Assembly: GCA_030704615.1 (NCBI GenBank)
Contig: CM060731.1
Span: 92,256,001 to 92,320,000, forward strand
Direction: 5' to 3'
DNA: 64,000 bases
From: Takakia lepidozioides
Taxonomy: Eukaryota; Plantae; Bryophyta
In this document: positions 1 through 10,866 of the stretch, in pieces
Position numbering within the stretch: the stretch's first letter is position 1
How the letters are laid out: every line of letters begins with the position of its first letter
Notes under the pieces: generated by a model
Seen by the model: the letters and a program-made list of their open reading frames with translations, nothing else
The model's database searches: none
What the model was told of the DNA's origin: nothing
Made by a program: the position numbers and the translations under genes

Positions 1-11
1 ACATTTTCTCT

Positions 12-450
12 TTGAGTGGACCGGCAGGCAAGAAGTACCGGCCACTGCGGGTCTTGTTGGACTCGGGAGCTCAGCCACTGATGTTGGGCAGAGCTGCTAT
101 TGCAGGTTTGGGCCTCATGGAGGGGGATATGGAGCCTTGTCCTTTCCAGATACAGACATCTCTGGGAGGATCAGAGCAGGCTCGGGGCATGACGCGGCAT
201 CAGTTGGCCATTAGACTGCAGCCGGATCATCCTATCGATGGCTCAATCATGCGAGCCAAGGCCATTGTGACAGACGCGGTCTCTTACGATGTCCTCGTTG
301 GTGGGGCAGTGTTATACCCCATGGGCTTCACCCTGGACTTTTGGGAGGAGTCAGCATTCTACAGGCCTGGATGGCAGTCAGGGGATGGTTGTCGTGCACA
401 GCTCCCTGTGACATTCATTGGGGGTATTGCGGCTGCCCAACGGGGCAAGA
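12..450 (+). pseudogene. Retroviral-type aspartic protease domain of the Gypsy polyprotein
   Basis: VLLDSGAQPLMLG active-site motif and YDVLVGGAVLYPMGFTLDF C-terminal motif; frameshifts into the next domain near 450. Confidence 0.88.
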
Positions 451-769
451 TGCCAACACTAGCCGCGCCTTTACAGCTGCAGTTAGTTGGCCTGGAGAGT
501 TGCTAGAAGGCAATGCCCATGCAGAAGATGTGCCACCTCCAGCAGAGCAGGATGACATGCATGGTATGGCGGAGTTGCCTGCCATGGTTGCTCACACTCC
601 ATTGTGGGGTACGAGCAAGGATTTGCAGCAGGTTGCTGATCGACGGGTGCAACAAGCCTGGGTAGAGGCTTTTGTACCGTCAAGAGAGGAGGAGAGTGCG
701 GGTATTGCACCAGGACCAACTCAGTTGTCACCATTGGATACCACACCTATTGTGTGGCAGTATCCGGAT

Positions 770-1730
770 GAAGGCATTTGCCTTCTGGACTTGTTTGGCG
801 GGATCAGCACCAGATTGGCTGCTGTGCTACAGGCAGGTGTGCGGGTAAGGCGTTACCTGTATGTGGAGAGGGATGAGACTACACGACGCGTCTCACTGCG
901 CCATGTTGCTCAGTTGGTACAGCAGTACCCTGCTTTGTTGCCAGTGTCTGCAGTTCGTGGATACCAACAAGCCTTGCCAGCAGACATTTCGATGCTGGGG
1001 GCGCCGGATTTGGAGCAGGTTGGCTCCATTGATCTGGTAGTGGCAGGTTGGCCCTGCCAAGGCATTCATCAGCCGGGCATGACAATGGATTGCGAGACTC
1101 GAGGACAGGTCTGTTTTGGGAGATGGTGCGGATTTTGCGCCACTTGCAGCTTCATCAAGCTGTATCACCAACATACATCTTGGAGAATGTGCCACTGATG
1201 GGCGATTCTCGGGCCAGGGTGATGGCCAGTGTGCATCAAGTCCAGTCGTGGCTTGGGTCAGCAGTGCTGCTGGATGCAGCTGCAGTGGGATCACGGGCTC
1301 ATCGTCCACGGCTATGGTGGATTAACTTGATGCCACCCGCACTGCTCAAGCGTGCATTTGATGGGGTGCCGCGGCCAACACACCTCATAGTGGACAGCAT
1401 TTTGGACACAGGGAGGCAGTCTCAACGTGTGAGACACGATGACCGTTCGCCTTTGGCAGTGGTCAACAGGGTGGGTCAACCACGAGCAGCATTACCTACA
1501 CTGCTCAGCTTCCCAGGATCCCATGCTTTTCGGGATGGTGGACCTGGCCTCCTGTAGGATGCTCAGATGCAACAGTTAGTGGAGCCTAATGCCGACGAGC
1601 GAGAGCGGGCTATGGGGTTTTCCACTGGGACCACGGCGGTGCCTTCTCTTTCTGAGGCATCACGTCGTCAGGTGTTGGGGCAAGCAATGGATCTCAATTG
1701 CTTGACCTGGATTATCAGCTTGGCTATGGC
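770..1730 (+). pseudogene. C5 cytosine DNA methyltransferase domain (DNMT3-like) inside the retrotransposon pol
   Basis: Motifs in canonical order: I LLDLFGGIS, II YLYVERD, III DIS, IV IDLVVAGWPCQG, V GLFWEMVRIL, VI YILENV, VIII LDAAAVGSRAHRPRLWW, IX ERERAMGF, X RRQVLGQAMD. One frameshift near 1063 and a TAG at 1555. Confidence 0.93.
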
Positions 1731-2181
1731 TGAGCAACGTAGAGTACGGAGTGCACTTCCCTTGACGGTCTCTCTGCCTACCAAGACGGTACAGGCAGCG
1801 AGTGGGGGCGAGCCGGTGAGGACCACGGGGTGTAGACATCCATGGCACACGTGGGAGGTACTCGAGGTTCAGAGGGAGTTGGCAGCCAAGGCAGTTGTGA
1901 TGGATGAGGTTGGGGATTCTTCTCGGGATGAGGAGGTTCTCAATGATGAGATGATGGGGCAGGATGAGGCCTTGTCATTGACTGAGCAGGAAGGGAGTAC
2001 TGCTCAAGAGGTTGCAGCATAGCAACCACGGGACGCGTCCTCTACCTCTAAGCCCACTGGACTTAAGGTTGCAGTTACGGAGGACAATTGGGAGCCTGAC
2101 ATTGGACCCATTGTCACCGGAGGAGAGAGACAACGTATATGGCGGTTCCTGAGGGCTTATAGGAATTGCTTTGCCTTCAGT

Positions 2182-3807
2182 TTGAAAGACTTGGGAGCAT
2201 TGAAGGGTCAAGAGATTCGCATTGAATTGGCCACTGACACGCCAATATTTCGGAGACCCTATAGATACAGTGACATGGAGAGGTCCTTGATTCAGATGAG
2301 AACTCAGGATCTTTGGGAGGCAGGTTTGGTGGAGCTCTCTGGTGGAGAGTATGCTTCAGCCACAGTGATGCCAGCCAAGAAGGATGTCTATGGCAATTGG
2401 ACGGAGAGACGTATGTGCGGTGATTACCGGCCTGTAAATCGTCAGACCAAGTCCGATAGGTATGCCATGCCGACACCAGAGGAGATCTTTGATGCCATTG
2501 GGCATTCCAAGGTCTTTAGCACGTTGGATTTACGATCCGGATATCACCAGTTGCCGATCAAGGAGGCGGATAAGCAAAAGACGACATTCTGGGGGATCAA
2601 TGAGCACGGGAAGGATTGCCTATACCAGTGGCGGTTCTTACCATTTGGGCTTAAAAACGCTCCCGCTGAGTTTCAAAGAGTCATGGACAGGATTCTAGCA
2701 GGGGTGGAGTTTGCTCGGTGCTACATAGATGATATCATCATCTTTAGTGCTACGGTGGAGGAGCATGAGAGACACCTTCAGGGGGTATTTGAGCGCTTGA
2801 GGATGCACGGATTGAAGTTACATCCGGGCAAGTGCAAGTTTTTCCACAACCAGATTGAGTATCTGGGTCACATGATATATCCTGGAGGATTGGGGGTACA
2901 GCAGACTAAGATAGAGTCCATTGCCCAGGTTCCACGCCCCATGGATGTGAGCCGAGTTCGAGCTTTCATGGGGTTAGCAAACTATTACAGACGGTTTGTT
3001 AAGGGATTTAGTGCCATTGCAAAGGCTCTAACCAAGCTGACCAAGGTGGACCAGGAGTGGCAGTGGGAAGATGAGCAAGAACAAGCTTTTCAAGAGCTCA
3101 AGGCGAGGTTGACCTCGGCACCCATCTTGAGACGACCTATCAGGGGGCGTCCTTTTCAGCTGCATACAGATTGGAGCATGCTGGGGCTTGGAGCGGTGCT
3201 CACACATGTGGATGATGAGGGAAGAGAGTTCGTAGTGGCTTATGCTAGCCGCTCGAACAATGCTGCAGAGTCTAAGTATAGCTCATATGAGGGAGAATGC
3301 TTAGCTGCAGTGTGGGCCGTGGCACACTTCAGGTGCTATCTATATGGCAATCTCTTCACCCTTGTCACGGATCACCAACCACTCAAGTGGTTGATGGAGT
3401 CAGACAAGCTTACGGGGAAGCTTGCACGGTGGGCACTCATCCTTCAAGAGTATGACTTTCAGGTGGTGCATCGACCGGGTTTGGTCAATCGCAATGCAGA
3501 TGGGTTGAGTCGCAATCCATGCACAAGCCAGCAGGATGACACTGGAGCTCGGTGGCATGGTGAGACGGACGAGGAGATGGTGCCCGGATGGCATGCATCT
3601 GCATTTCTGTGTATCTTGGCAGCGGAAGGCCAGGTTGGACCTGCAATAGGGATGACTGTAGATCAAGTGTCTGAGGACCCTGAGGCCAGCAATGAGCAAG
3701 GTGGCGCCAAAGATATACATGAGGATTCAGTTGTGTTGGACTACCTCCGCACTGGAGACACTGCAGCCACTATGACTGCCAAGGAGAGGGATCGGATCCT
3801 ACAATGA
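2182..3807 (+). CDS. Reverse transcriptase plus RNase H of the Gypsy element (open frame ending at a premature TGA)
   Basis: 541-aa ORF with RMCGDYRPVN, FSTLDLRSGYHQ, YIDD (2722), LHTDWS, VVAYASR, LARWALILQEYDF. Confidence 0.96.
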   Translation: MKDLGALKGQEIRIELATDTPIFRRPYRYSDMERSLIQMRTQDLWEAGLVELSGGEYASATVMPAKKDVYGNWTERRMCGDYRPVNRQTKSDRYAMPTPEEIFDAIGHSKVFSTLDLRSGYHQLPIKEADKQKTTFWGINEHGKDCLYQWRFLPFGLKNAPAEFQRVMDRILAGVEFARCYIDDIIIFSATVEEHERHLQGVFERLRMHGLKLHPGKCKFFHNQIEYLGHMIYPGGLGVQQTKIESIAQVPRPMDVSRVRAFMGLANYYRRFVKGFSAIAKALTKLTKVDQEWQWEDEQEQAFQELKARLTSAPILRRPIRGRPFQLHTDWSMLGLGAVLTHVDDEGREFVVAYASRSNNAAESKYSSYEGECLAAVWAVAHFRCYLYGNLFTLVTDHQPLKWLMESDKLTGKLARWALILQEYDFQVVHRPGLVNRNADGLSRNPCTSQQDDTGARWHGETDEEMVPGWHASAFLCILAAEGQVGPAIGMTVDQVSEDPEASNEQGGAKDIHEDSVVLDYLRTGDTAATMTAKERDRILQ

Positions 3808-5158
3808 GCCAAGAGGTTCAAGTGGGAGGGGACACACCTGCTCCGAGTGTGGGAGGATGGTCGAGTGAGGATTGTGCCTCACCCAACACAGTGGGCACGG
3901 TTACTGCGGCATGCCCATGAGGAGTTGGGGCATTTTGGGGTGCGATGCACTCATAGTCTACTGCAGGGGCAGTATTGGTGGCGTGGTATGCACACAGACG
4001 TGCAACAATTTGTGGCTAGGTGCATGGTGTGTGACAGGGTGCGTGCTTCATTCAACGCCCCTACTCCACAATTGCACCCTCTTCCGATCATGGGATTGGG
4101 CTACAGGTGGAGTCTTGACTTCGCAGGGCCATTGTCACTGACCATGCGCCACAACAAGTACATGTTGGTGATGGTGGAGCACTTCTCCAAAGTGGATTGA
4201 ATTGGTTCCATTGCCTGATAAGGCTAGTGAGGGAGCTGCGTATGCATTCTTGGATTGTGTGCTTAGCCGATTCGGTGCTCCAGCTGAGGTACTCACGGAC
4301 CAAGGGAGAGAGTTCTTGGGGGAGTTTCAGGCTTTGTGTCACAAGGCCTTGATAGACCACCGCACCACTTCTCGGGATCATCCTGAGGCCGATGGCTTGG
4401 CAGAGAGAGCTGTTCAGACAGTAAAGAGGGGTTTGCGCAAGTATGACTTGCAGAAGGGACACCTAGGAGATTGGGACCTTCAGTTATCCTGGTTAGCCAT
4501 GGGCTACAGGTTCAGCAAGCAAGCATCACTTGCCTTCTTCTCACCATACTTTCTTCTCTTTGGCCGAGAGCCGGATTTGCCTACATCCATTCACAGAGAA
4601 GCTGCTACAGTTCTTAACCTTGACGATCTGGACGTGTGGGCACGTGCATGTGAGCAACGTGCAGAGTTGTTCAAGAGAGTCATGCCCATGGCTTTCGAGA
4701 ACCTTGCCATTGCACAACACCGTGATACGTTGAGGTATGCTACCATACGTGGTGGGGGCTATCGTCCTGGGGTTCGGAGATTCAACCCTGGTGACTATGT
4801 CTATCTGCAGCAGACTGCTCCTACGACCCTGGATGTGACTGCAGGACGTGTTATTTTGAGGGTTCGAGAGGTCTTGCCTTCAGGCGTCTTGGTCTTGGAG
4901 GGTCGGGATGGCATAACTTGGAAGGACCATGTGCGTAATTGTGCGCCATGTCACCTTCCGAATGTCGATGGCAGGATAGACCCAAACTTGGCAGTGGTAT
5001 CTGCAGGTTTGAGGTGCATGTTGTGTGGGTCTGCTAGAGGGGCAGCCACCATGCTGGTGTGTGATCGATGCTCTAGAGGTTGGCATATGGGATGCTTGAC
5101 TCCACCTCTTGAGTTGGTTCCGGATGGGGATTGGTTATGTCCACATTGCATTGGATAG
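3808..5158 (+). pseudogene. Integrase (HHCC zinc finger and DDE core) with C-terminal PHD finger
   Basis: HAHEELGHFG...CMVC; WSLDF, VLTDQGREF, HPEADGLAER, SPYFLLFGR; frameshift near 4190; ends CMLC...CDRC...HMGC...WLCPHC (C4HC3, about 5015-5150). Confidence 0.94.
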
Positions 5159-5418
5159 TGGGAGTGGATACAACCATGGAAGGCTAACAAGAAATGCAAG
5201 GCCAAGCTACTAGGGGACCTTGAACACACGAGGTCTTGACTCAAGTTCATAGATTGCAAGACGGCGACTAACGATGGGGCTACTCTTGTACCCGGCCTCT
5301 TGGTCTATAGAGTTTGAGTACAACAGGGACAGTAATAGAGGACTTAGTACGGCTGTGGCTATTACATCTTGTAGCTATCTGGAGTTAGAGGGACCTATCC
5401 ACCAGCTAGGGGGGCGAT

Positions 5419-5944
5419 TGTGGTAGACTACTTTATTGTGCATATATGTGTGGTGTGGTTTGGACAGCGATGTAGTTGTGTAGCGATATGTATGCGCACG
5501 ACAGCTGTCAAGTTAATAAGCACAGTGTGAAAACAACTAGAATAAAGCTAGTTATTTGTATTTAACACTTGGATTTAGGTCAAGTGTTAAATCAGGTGTC
5601 AGGTTTAGTTTGACACCTGAACCGCCTTATCTTCACGAGAACGGCAGTCGCGTGGCTCATCTCTCTCGAGTTGAGCCTGCGCGACCGAGCTCCTTCATGC
5701 GTTTAGATTTGAGTGTGCTTATGATGGGAGTGTAGATTGTTGTGGGGTGGAGTCCCCATAGCTTGGGGTGCCCCTGGCTCGACTTCTGTTTTAACGAGTG
5801 ATGTTGAGGGATTTCATATTTCTTGTGTTGAGAGTGTGTGTCCTTTCAAGCTTTCTTATTGTGGCAGACTACTTTATTGTGCATATATGTGTGGTGTGGT
5901 TTGGACAGCGATGTAGTTGTGTAGCGATATGTATGCGCACGACA
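5419..5944 (+). repeat. 3' LTR (526 bp) preceded by a polypurine tract
   Basis: AGGGGGGCGAT at about 5408-5418, then TGTGG...CGACA. The first and last 85 bp (5419-5503, 5860-5944) are direct repeats with one mismatch. LINE-derived sequence follows. Confidence 0.8.
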
Positions 5945-6270
5945 AGGCTTCTACCTTTGGTTACTGCATCATAGTTTAGTAAAATGTCTGTGTCCGAGAG
6001 AACCCGTTGATCCCAACATCTGTAGAAGGATCTCACATATGGCCAGATCTTGGCTGGAGCTTGACATAGTTCTAAGGAGACAATGTTCTAAAGATTCCAA
6101 GACAGCAGTGGAACAACAAACACACATCACAGCTCCTTGAAACTGTAGCCATTCCCCAACTAGATTATGATCTCTCGTCTATAGCGGGGCTGCTTTATAG
6201 CAGCCTCGCGGCTTCCCTCTACGTCTTTCTCATGTCGTCCTCACTGTTGATTCAACAGATGGACGAGATG
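5945..6270 (-). mobile_element. L1-like LINE fragment (zf-RVT region) flanking the Gypsy LTR
   Basis: Clearly similar to 9270-9480 (GCTGGAGCTTGACAT...GACAATGTTCTAA...CACACATCAC), which on the minus strand encodes a Cys-rich C..C...ETLEHCL..C motif. Confidence 0.75.
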
Positions 6271-8012
6271 TATTCTAGTAGTATCTTCTTAAAAATAGTA
6301 ACACAATAGTTACACACCACTGACTTAGTTAAGATGCATGTACGCATCCATATCCAGATAATATTTAATTCATTGTTCTAGAGTGTCTAATATTTTACTA
6401 TAAAAGATACATTATTTTAATGCTTCAAATCTGCCCCTTCCATCTGAAGGGACCAGATCGAGTCACTTGTTTTCCATCCATCCATTGGGTTGGTCATCCA
6501 AAGTGTAATTTCATCCATCTATAATTACAGCCTATAATTTCATCCTTCCATGGATTTCATCCAGCTTGTATTCTTCATCCATCCGCTGATTTCATCCAGG
6601 GAATACATGACCAATTTAAGTTTGGTACATGACCAACTTAAGTTGGTACATGATACACTTGAAATTCAAGTGGATGATACTTCATCCATCGATATTCAAC
6701 CGGTGAGATCGCCACCCTCGATTGACTAGCATCCAACGGTCCATATTAACCCTTGCGCTCCCATTCAATTCCACTTCCATGCTACGTTGATGTCGGGGAG
6801 AGGCTCCCATGCTTGAAGCAGTGAGTTGTAGTGTTGTCTTGAGAGTCGTCTGTTGGTGAGATCCTCCATCAATATAGGCATATTTTCCTGCATTTGCTGA
6901 TCCAAAAAGACATCGATCCTGAATCATCTTTGGCGCTGAAGATTATTCGTTGGATTCTAGATCGTAGCCTCTAGAGCACTGTCCACGAACCAAAAGTTGC
7001 GTTCCTGTAACTCCTGGAACTTGTCGTTGTAGCCACTCCCCAAAGTCTTCTTGAAGAAGCCGTCATCCCATCTAGCTTGCTCGATAGCTACTCCGGCTCC
7101 GCCATTGCTAGAATTCCATTTTCTTTATGATTTTCTACTATGATTTTGTATTGCACCCAGTAAAATATATACTAATGTACAGAAAATACGTTATTTTAAA
7201 TTATGATCCGAAAAATTGATCGACAGTGCACAAGGTAAGAGAGTGCACGTTTCTTCATTGAATTACTCTTGATATTAAGGTTAGAAATACACCTGGTGTG
7301 CTTTAGATGTGCATATTGTGCCAGCAGTTCTTGAACAAGTTGGTTGGCTATGTCTTGGTGTGTCCTTGGCTGTGCTTCTAGTGATATTTATAAATTAAAG
7401 TCGGAGTACAGCCAACACAGAAAAATGTAGTTGTAAGCTTTGCATGCTCATGCTCAAAAGAAATGCCATTGAAAATATGAACATATTGTGCTCTATGGAC
7501 TGAAATCTGTTTCTGTGTATGAATTGGAGGTTGATGGTCACTAAAATGTAGTTCTTATTCCTTGCCCCATACCTTGCTTTCCACCCTTCCTCCACACTGA
7601 TCATAACTGACTACCTACTGACTATTATGCAATGGAATGGGCCGGGCCCTCCTCGAAAAGAAATCTCTCTTCCGCCATTTTCCTCGGCAGGCAGCTCACT
7701 AGGCTGAATGTCATCTGCTGGCCCATTCCATAGTATATATGTAGGTCTAGCACATATGACCCTCAGATGCAAGAGAATCTGTGTCTGCATTAGTCAAGTT
7801 TACATTTGGCTTTTAAGAAGTGTAAAGAGGGGTACATATGTACCTCTGTCTGCATTTGCATACGTACCTGGTGTCTGCATCTATAGCTCTTGTCAGTGAA
7901 CAGTTGCCATCACCATCTCATCTGCAATATTGAATCTTCCAAATAGACCAATACTGAACCATGCTGCTGTTGTCTTCATTTAGAGGGACAAAACAACTAC
8001 ACCAGCCACCAT

Positions 8013-8156
8013 GTGGATGGCCACAACATCGATGATCTGGTGACTATACTGCGGGAGGTTCAGAAGGCAACACACACAACTGGACCTATGCTGATACACA
8101 TTGTCACCTAGAAAGGGCGCGGGTACCCATGTGCTGAGAGAGCTACTGAATATCAT
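8013..8156 (+). pseudogene. DXS: 1-deoxy-D-xylulose-5-phosphate synthase gene fragment
   Basis: Translates [47 protein letters not shown], matching the plant [14 protein letters not shown]...GPVLIHVVTEKGRGY segment; in-frame stop; no other DXS exons recognised. Confidence 0.88.
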
Positions 8157-8409
8157 GTCGAGCTTATAGTGAAACTTGATAGTTGACAATACAAAGGGTG
8201 TGGCATAGTGATAACTTTTTCAGGCAAAGAAAGAAAAAAAGAAAGCAGCAAATTTATTAGAGCTGGGGATAAAATGTCATTATATTATTGGTGGCCGGGT
8301 TACAGAATCTATACACACAAAAAATTCAATGCCGAAGAAACATGGCATTTCTTTCCAGATCATAGGAGTCAAACTCTTGGCCAAAGCTCCTTTACACGCA
8401 AAAAATACG

Positions 8410-10866
8410 GATTACATTTTTTTATTTTTTTTATTTTTTTAATACCGGAACAGGGATTGTAACCCTGATTAATTTTATTATAAATTATTGGAAGGGGAAC
8501 TATAAGGCACACACACCGTATTCAGTGTATCACGATCCAACCATCTCCTGTTGGAGATTAAGTCCACAAGACAAAAAAACCCATGTCCCTACTAAAGACA
8601 CTTACACTGTGACCAGTGTTCCACGAGCCAAAACAACTCCGCCAAAGAACCGGGCACACTGCCCAAGACCTGAGACAAAAGAGACACTTAACCTATTTGT
8701 TGTTGGTGTTTTGAAGACCATCGAGGATGACACAGAGGAGAGAGGTGATTGAAGTCATTGACCAGTGTGGATCAAAGAGAACTCCCTATCTATAGTGTAG
8801 TTTGGAAGCTGTCGTGGAGGGCTTTTGATGCTTCCAGTTGACCTCCTTTTCAAATTCCGGGGAAAGAGTGGCCGAGTGGTGCACGGAGATCTCGCCAAGC
8901 CTGTGGGGGGAGCTCGTTCCAGTTGCACTGGTCTTGCGTTAGGGCTGTTGCATATGAGGCTCTATCTGCCCCATGTGTGTTGAAAGTTCCTATGGATCGC
9001 TGCTGCATTAATGGCGACTTGTTGAATGTCTGTACAGAGTTTGCCGAGGCTTTCCTCCCCTCAGTTTGCAAATCAATGAAGATCGAGGTAGGGGAGGCAG
9101 GAAATTGTTGTAGTTTGACCACTAAACGTGTTTTTACAACGTATTTTCCACAGGTACCAAATTGAAAAAGCTCTAAGTGTTTCGAATATCGGGCACTTGA
9201 GGGCTGTATTCTTAGAGATAGGGTCATAGTTTAGCAATAGATGTGTGTGAGAGAGATCTCTGTAATTCCAGCATCTGTAAAACAATTTAACATAGGGCTA
9301 GATCTTAGCTGGAGCTTGACATGTCAGTAGACAATGTTCTAAGGTTTCCAGGACCGCCGTTGAGCAACAAGCACACATCACTGCTCCCTGGAACTGAAGC
9401 CATTCACCCACTTTGAGAACCCTATTGACTATTTGCCATAGGAAGGCTGCAATCTTTGATGGACGAGTTTTAATCCAGACAGAACCCCAGATCGTTTTCT
9501 AGTTCTTGTCTCGGAAGTTGTACAAGCCCCATCTAGATTCCCATTTTTTGCACATAGGTTGGGTTACTGACAGGGCTCTATAGCCTTTTTTTGTAGTGTA
9601 TGCAAAGAAGGGTTCTGCTGAGTTTTTGAATTTCCAGGACCATTCCAGGGGGTCAATCTCCATTTCTGCCAGGGGCCTGCCGAGAATCCATACAAATGAG
9701 TTGGTTGCCAACCAAGCCCTAGTGGTAAAAGTGGGTGGAGGCTGGGGATTCATGGCTTTGTCTGGGGCTGTCCAGCAGCAAACTCTGACTGGAGTAAGAG
9801 CCATAGTTGGTAAGCTTACGGGTTCTGGAGAGGTAAGTGAGAGTCTAAGTGAAGTGGTATTGATGGTGAAGGTGTAAGCCGAGATATCGTTCGTGGTGAT
9901 GTCATCTACAAACAAAATAGTAAGTTGGTTTTGAAGTACAACGAGGGCCCAAGACTTTGGGGTTGGTTCCGGAGGGCCAGAGGAAAGGGTAGAGAGCCAT
10001 TGTGCCGAGATAGATTGAATGATCTGTTGATGGCCTTTGGATGCTCGTGCAACTCCAACATCTTGAGCTACAGATTCCTAAGTTCAGAGAGTGTTTCCTG
10101 TCCATAAGTTATGTATCTGTCTGATGCCCAGACAGTCCCACTTGGACCATCTCTTAGCCTGGTTTTTCTGGTAAGGGGACAGAGGGGTATTGTTTAAGAA
10201 CATATGTTGTCTTTTGATTTCATAGAAGTTGTTTGGCTGGACTTTGATGAGCAGCTTCCTTAGCTGCCCCCAAGCCTGCCAAATACTTGTCCAAAGAGCG
10301 GAACCTACTGACTTAAGGTTGAAACCTTGCGTGAGCCATCGAAGAGAAGGGCTTCACTGGGCTGTTTTAAGGGGGGATGAATTGACAATGTGGTCGTAAA
10401 CCAAGAACTTCCACCAACCCCCTTCAAGACCAAGAAATCAGGGAATCCATTTGCCTAGGAGTGCAACAATCTGGGTCTCGGGATCGAGAACCCCCAACCC
10501 CCCTTTTTTTTGGGCAAGCAGATTTGCGCCCAAGCTACCAAGGGCCTTTTGTTTTGGGTGCTGGCCTCTGCTCCCCAAACAAAGTTTATGAGAAGACGTT
10601 TTATCTCCTGCATCTGTTTGGAGTTCGATCGCCAAGAGGAAGCATAGTACCACAATCCAGAAGAATGAGTTTGAAGGGCTCTACCTACAATAGAAAGGTG
10701 TTTTGATCCCCAATATGTCAGTTTCCTCTTTAGTTTGGCCAGTGTAGAGGCAAATATTTGCTGATCCGTAAGGTTGATTCCGTATGTGTAACCCAGTAAG
10801 GTGGTTGTCTCACCAGGTTTGAGCCATTTCAGCCCTTGATCCACTCCCCAAGAGGGAGGTGTTCCC
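8410..10866 (-). mobile_element. L1-like LINE, 3' part of ORF2, 3' UTR and A-rich tail (decayed)
   Basis: Minus-strand peptides LLGYTYG, KLKRKLTYW..KHLS..GR, LVAWAQICLPKKKGG, zf-RVT region, LRAFSIWYLWKIRC; T-rich tract at about 8416-8440 is the tail. Confidence 0.88.

Larger units (their letters stand above)
1..5944 (+). mobile_element. Ty3/Gypsy LTR retrotransposon, 5' end outside window, decayed; domain order PR-DNMT-RT-RH-INT-PHD-3'LTR
   Basis: Protease LLDSGA, RT (DYRPVN, LDLRSGYHQ, PFGLKNAP, YIDD), RNase H (LHTDWS, TDHQPL, NADGLSR), integrase (HHCC, LDF, TDQG, GLAER) in Gypsy order; polypurine tract then TG...CA LTR. Frameshifts near 450, 1063 and 4190; stops at 1555, 2020 and 3805. Confidence 0.97.

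Noticed and set aside
770-1730. Host DRM/CMT/MET1 gene or bacterial restriction-modification methylase
   Set aside because: No introns, no UBA/BAH/chromo domains, motif order not permuted as in DRM, no partner nuclease; it is collinear with Gypsy pol domains.
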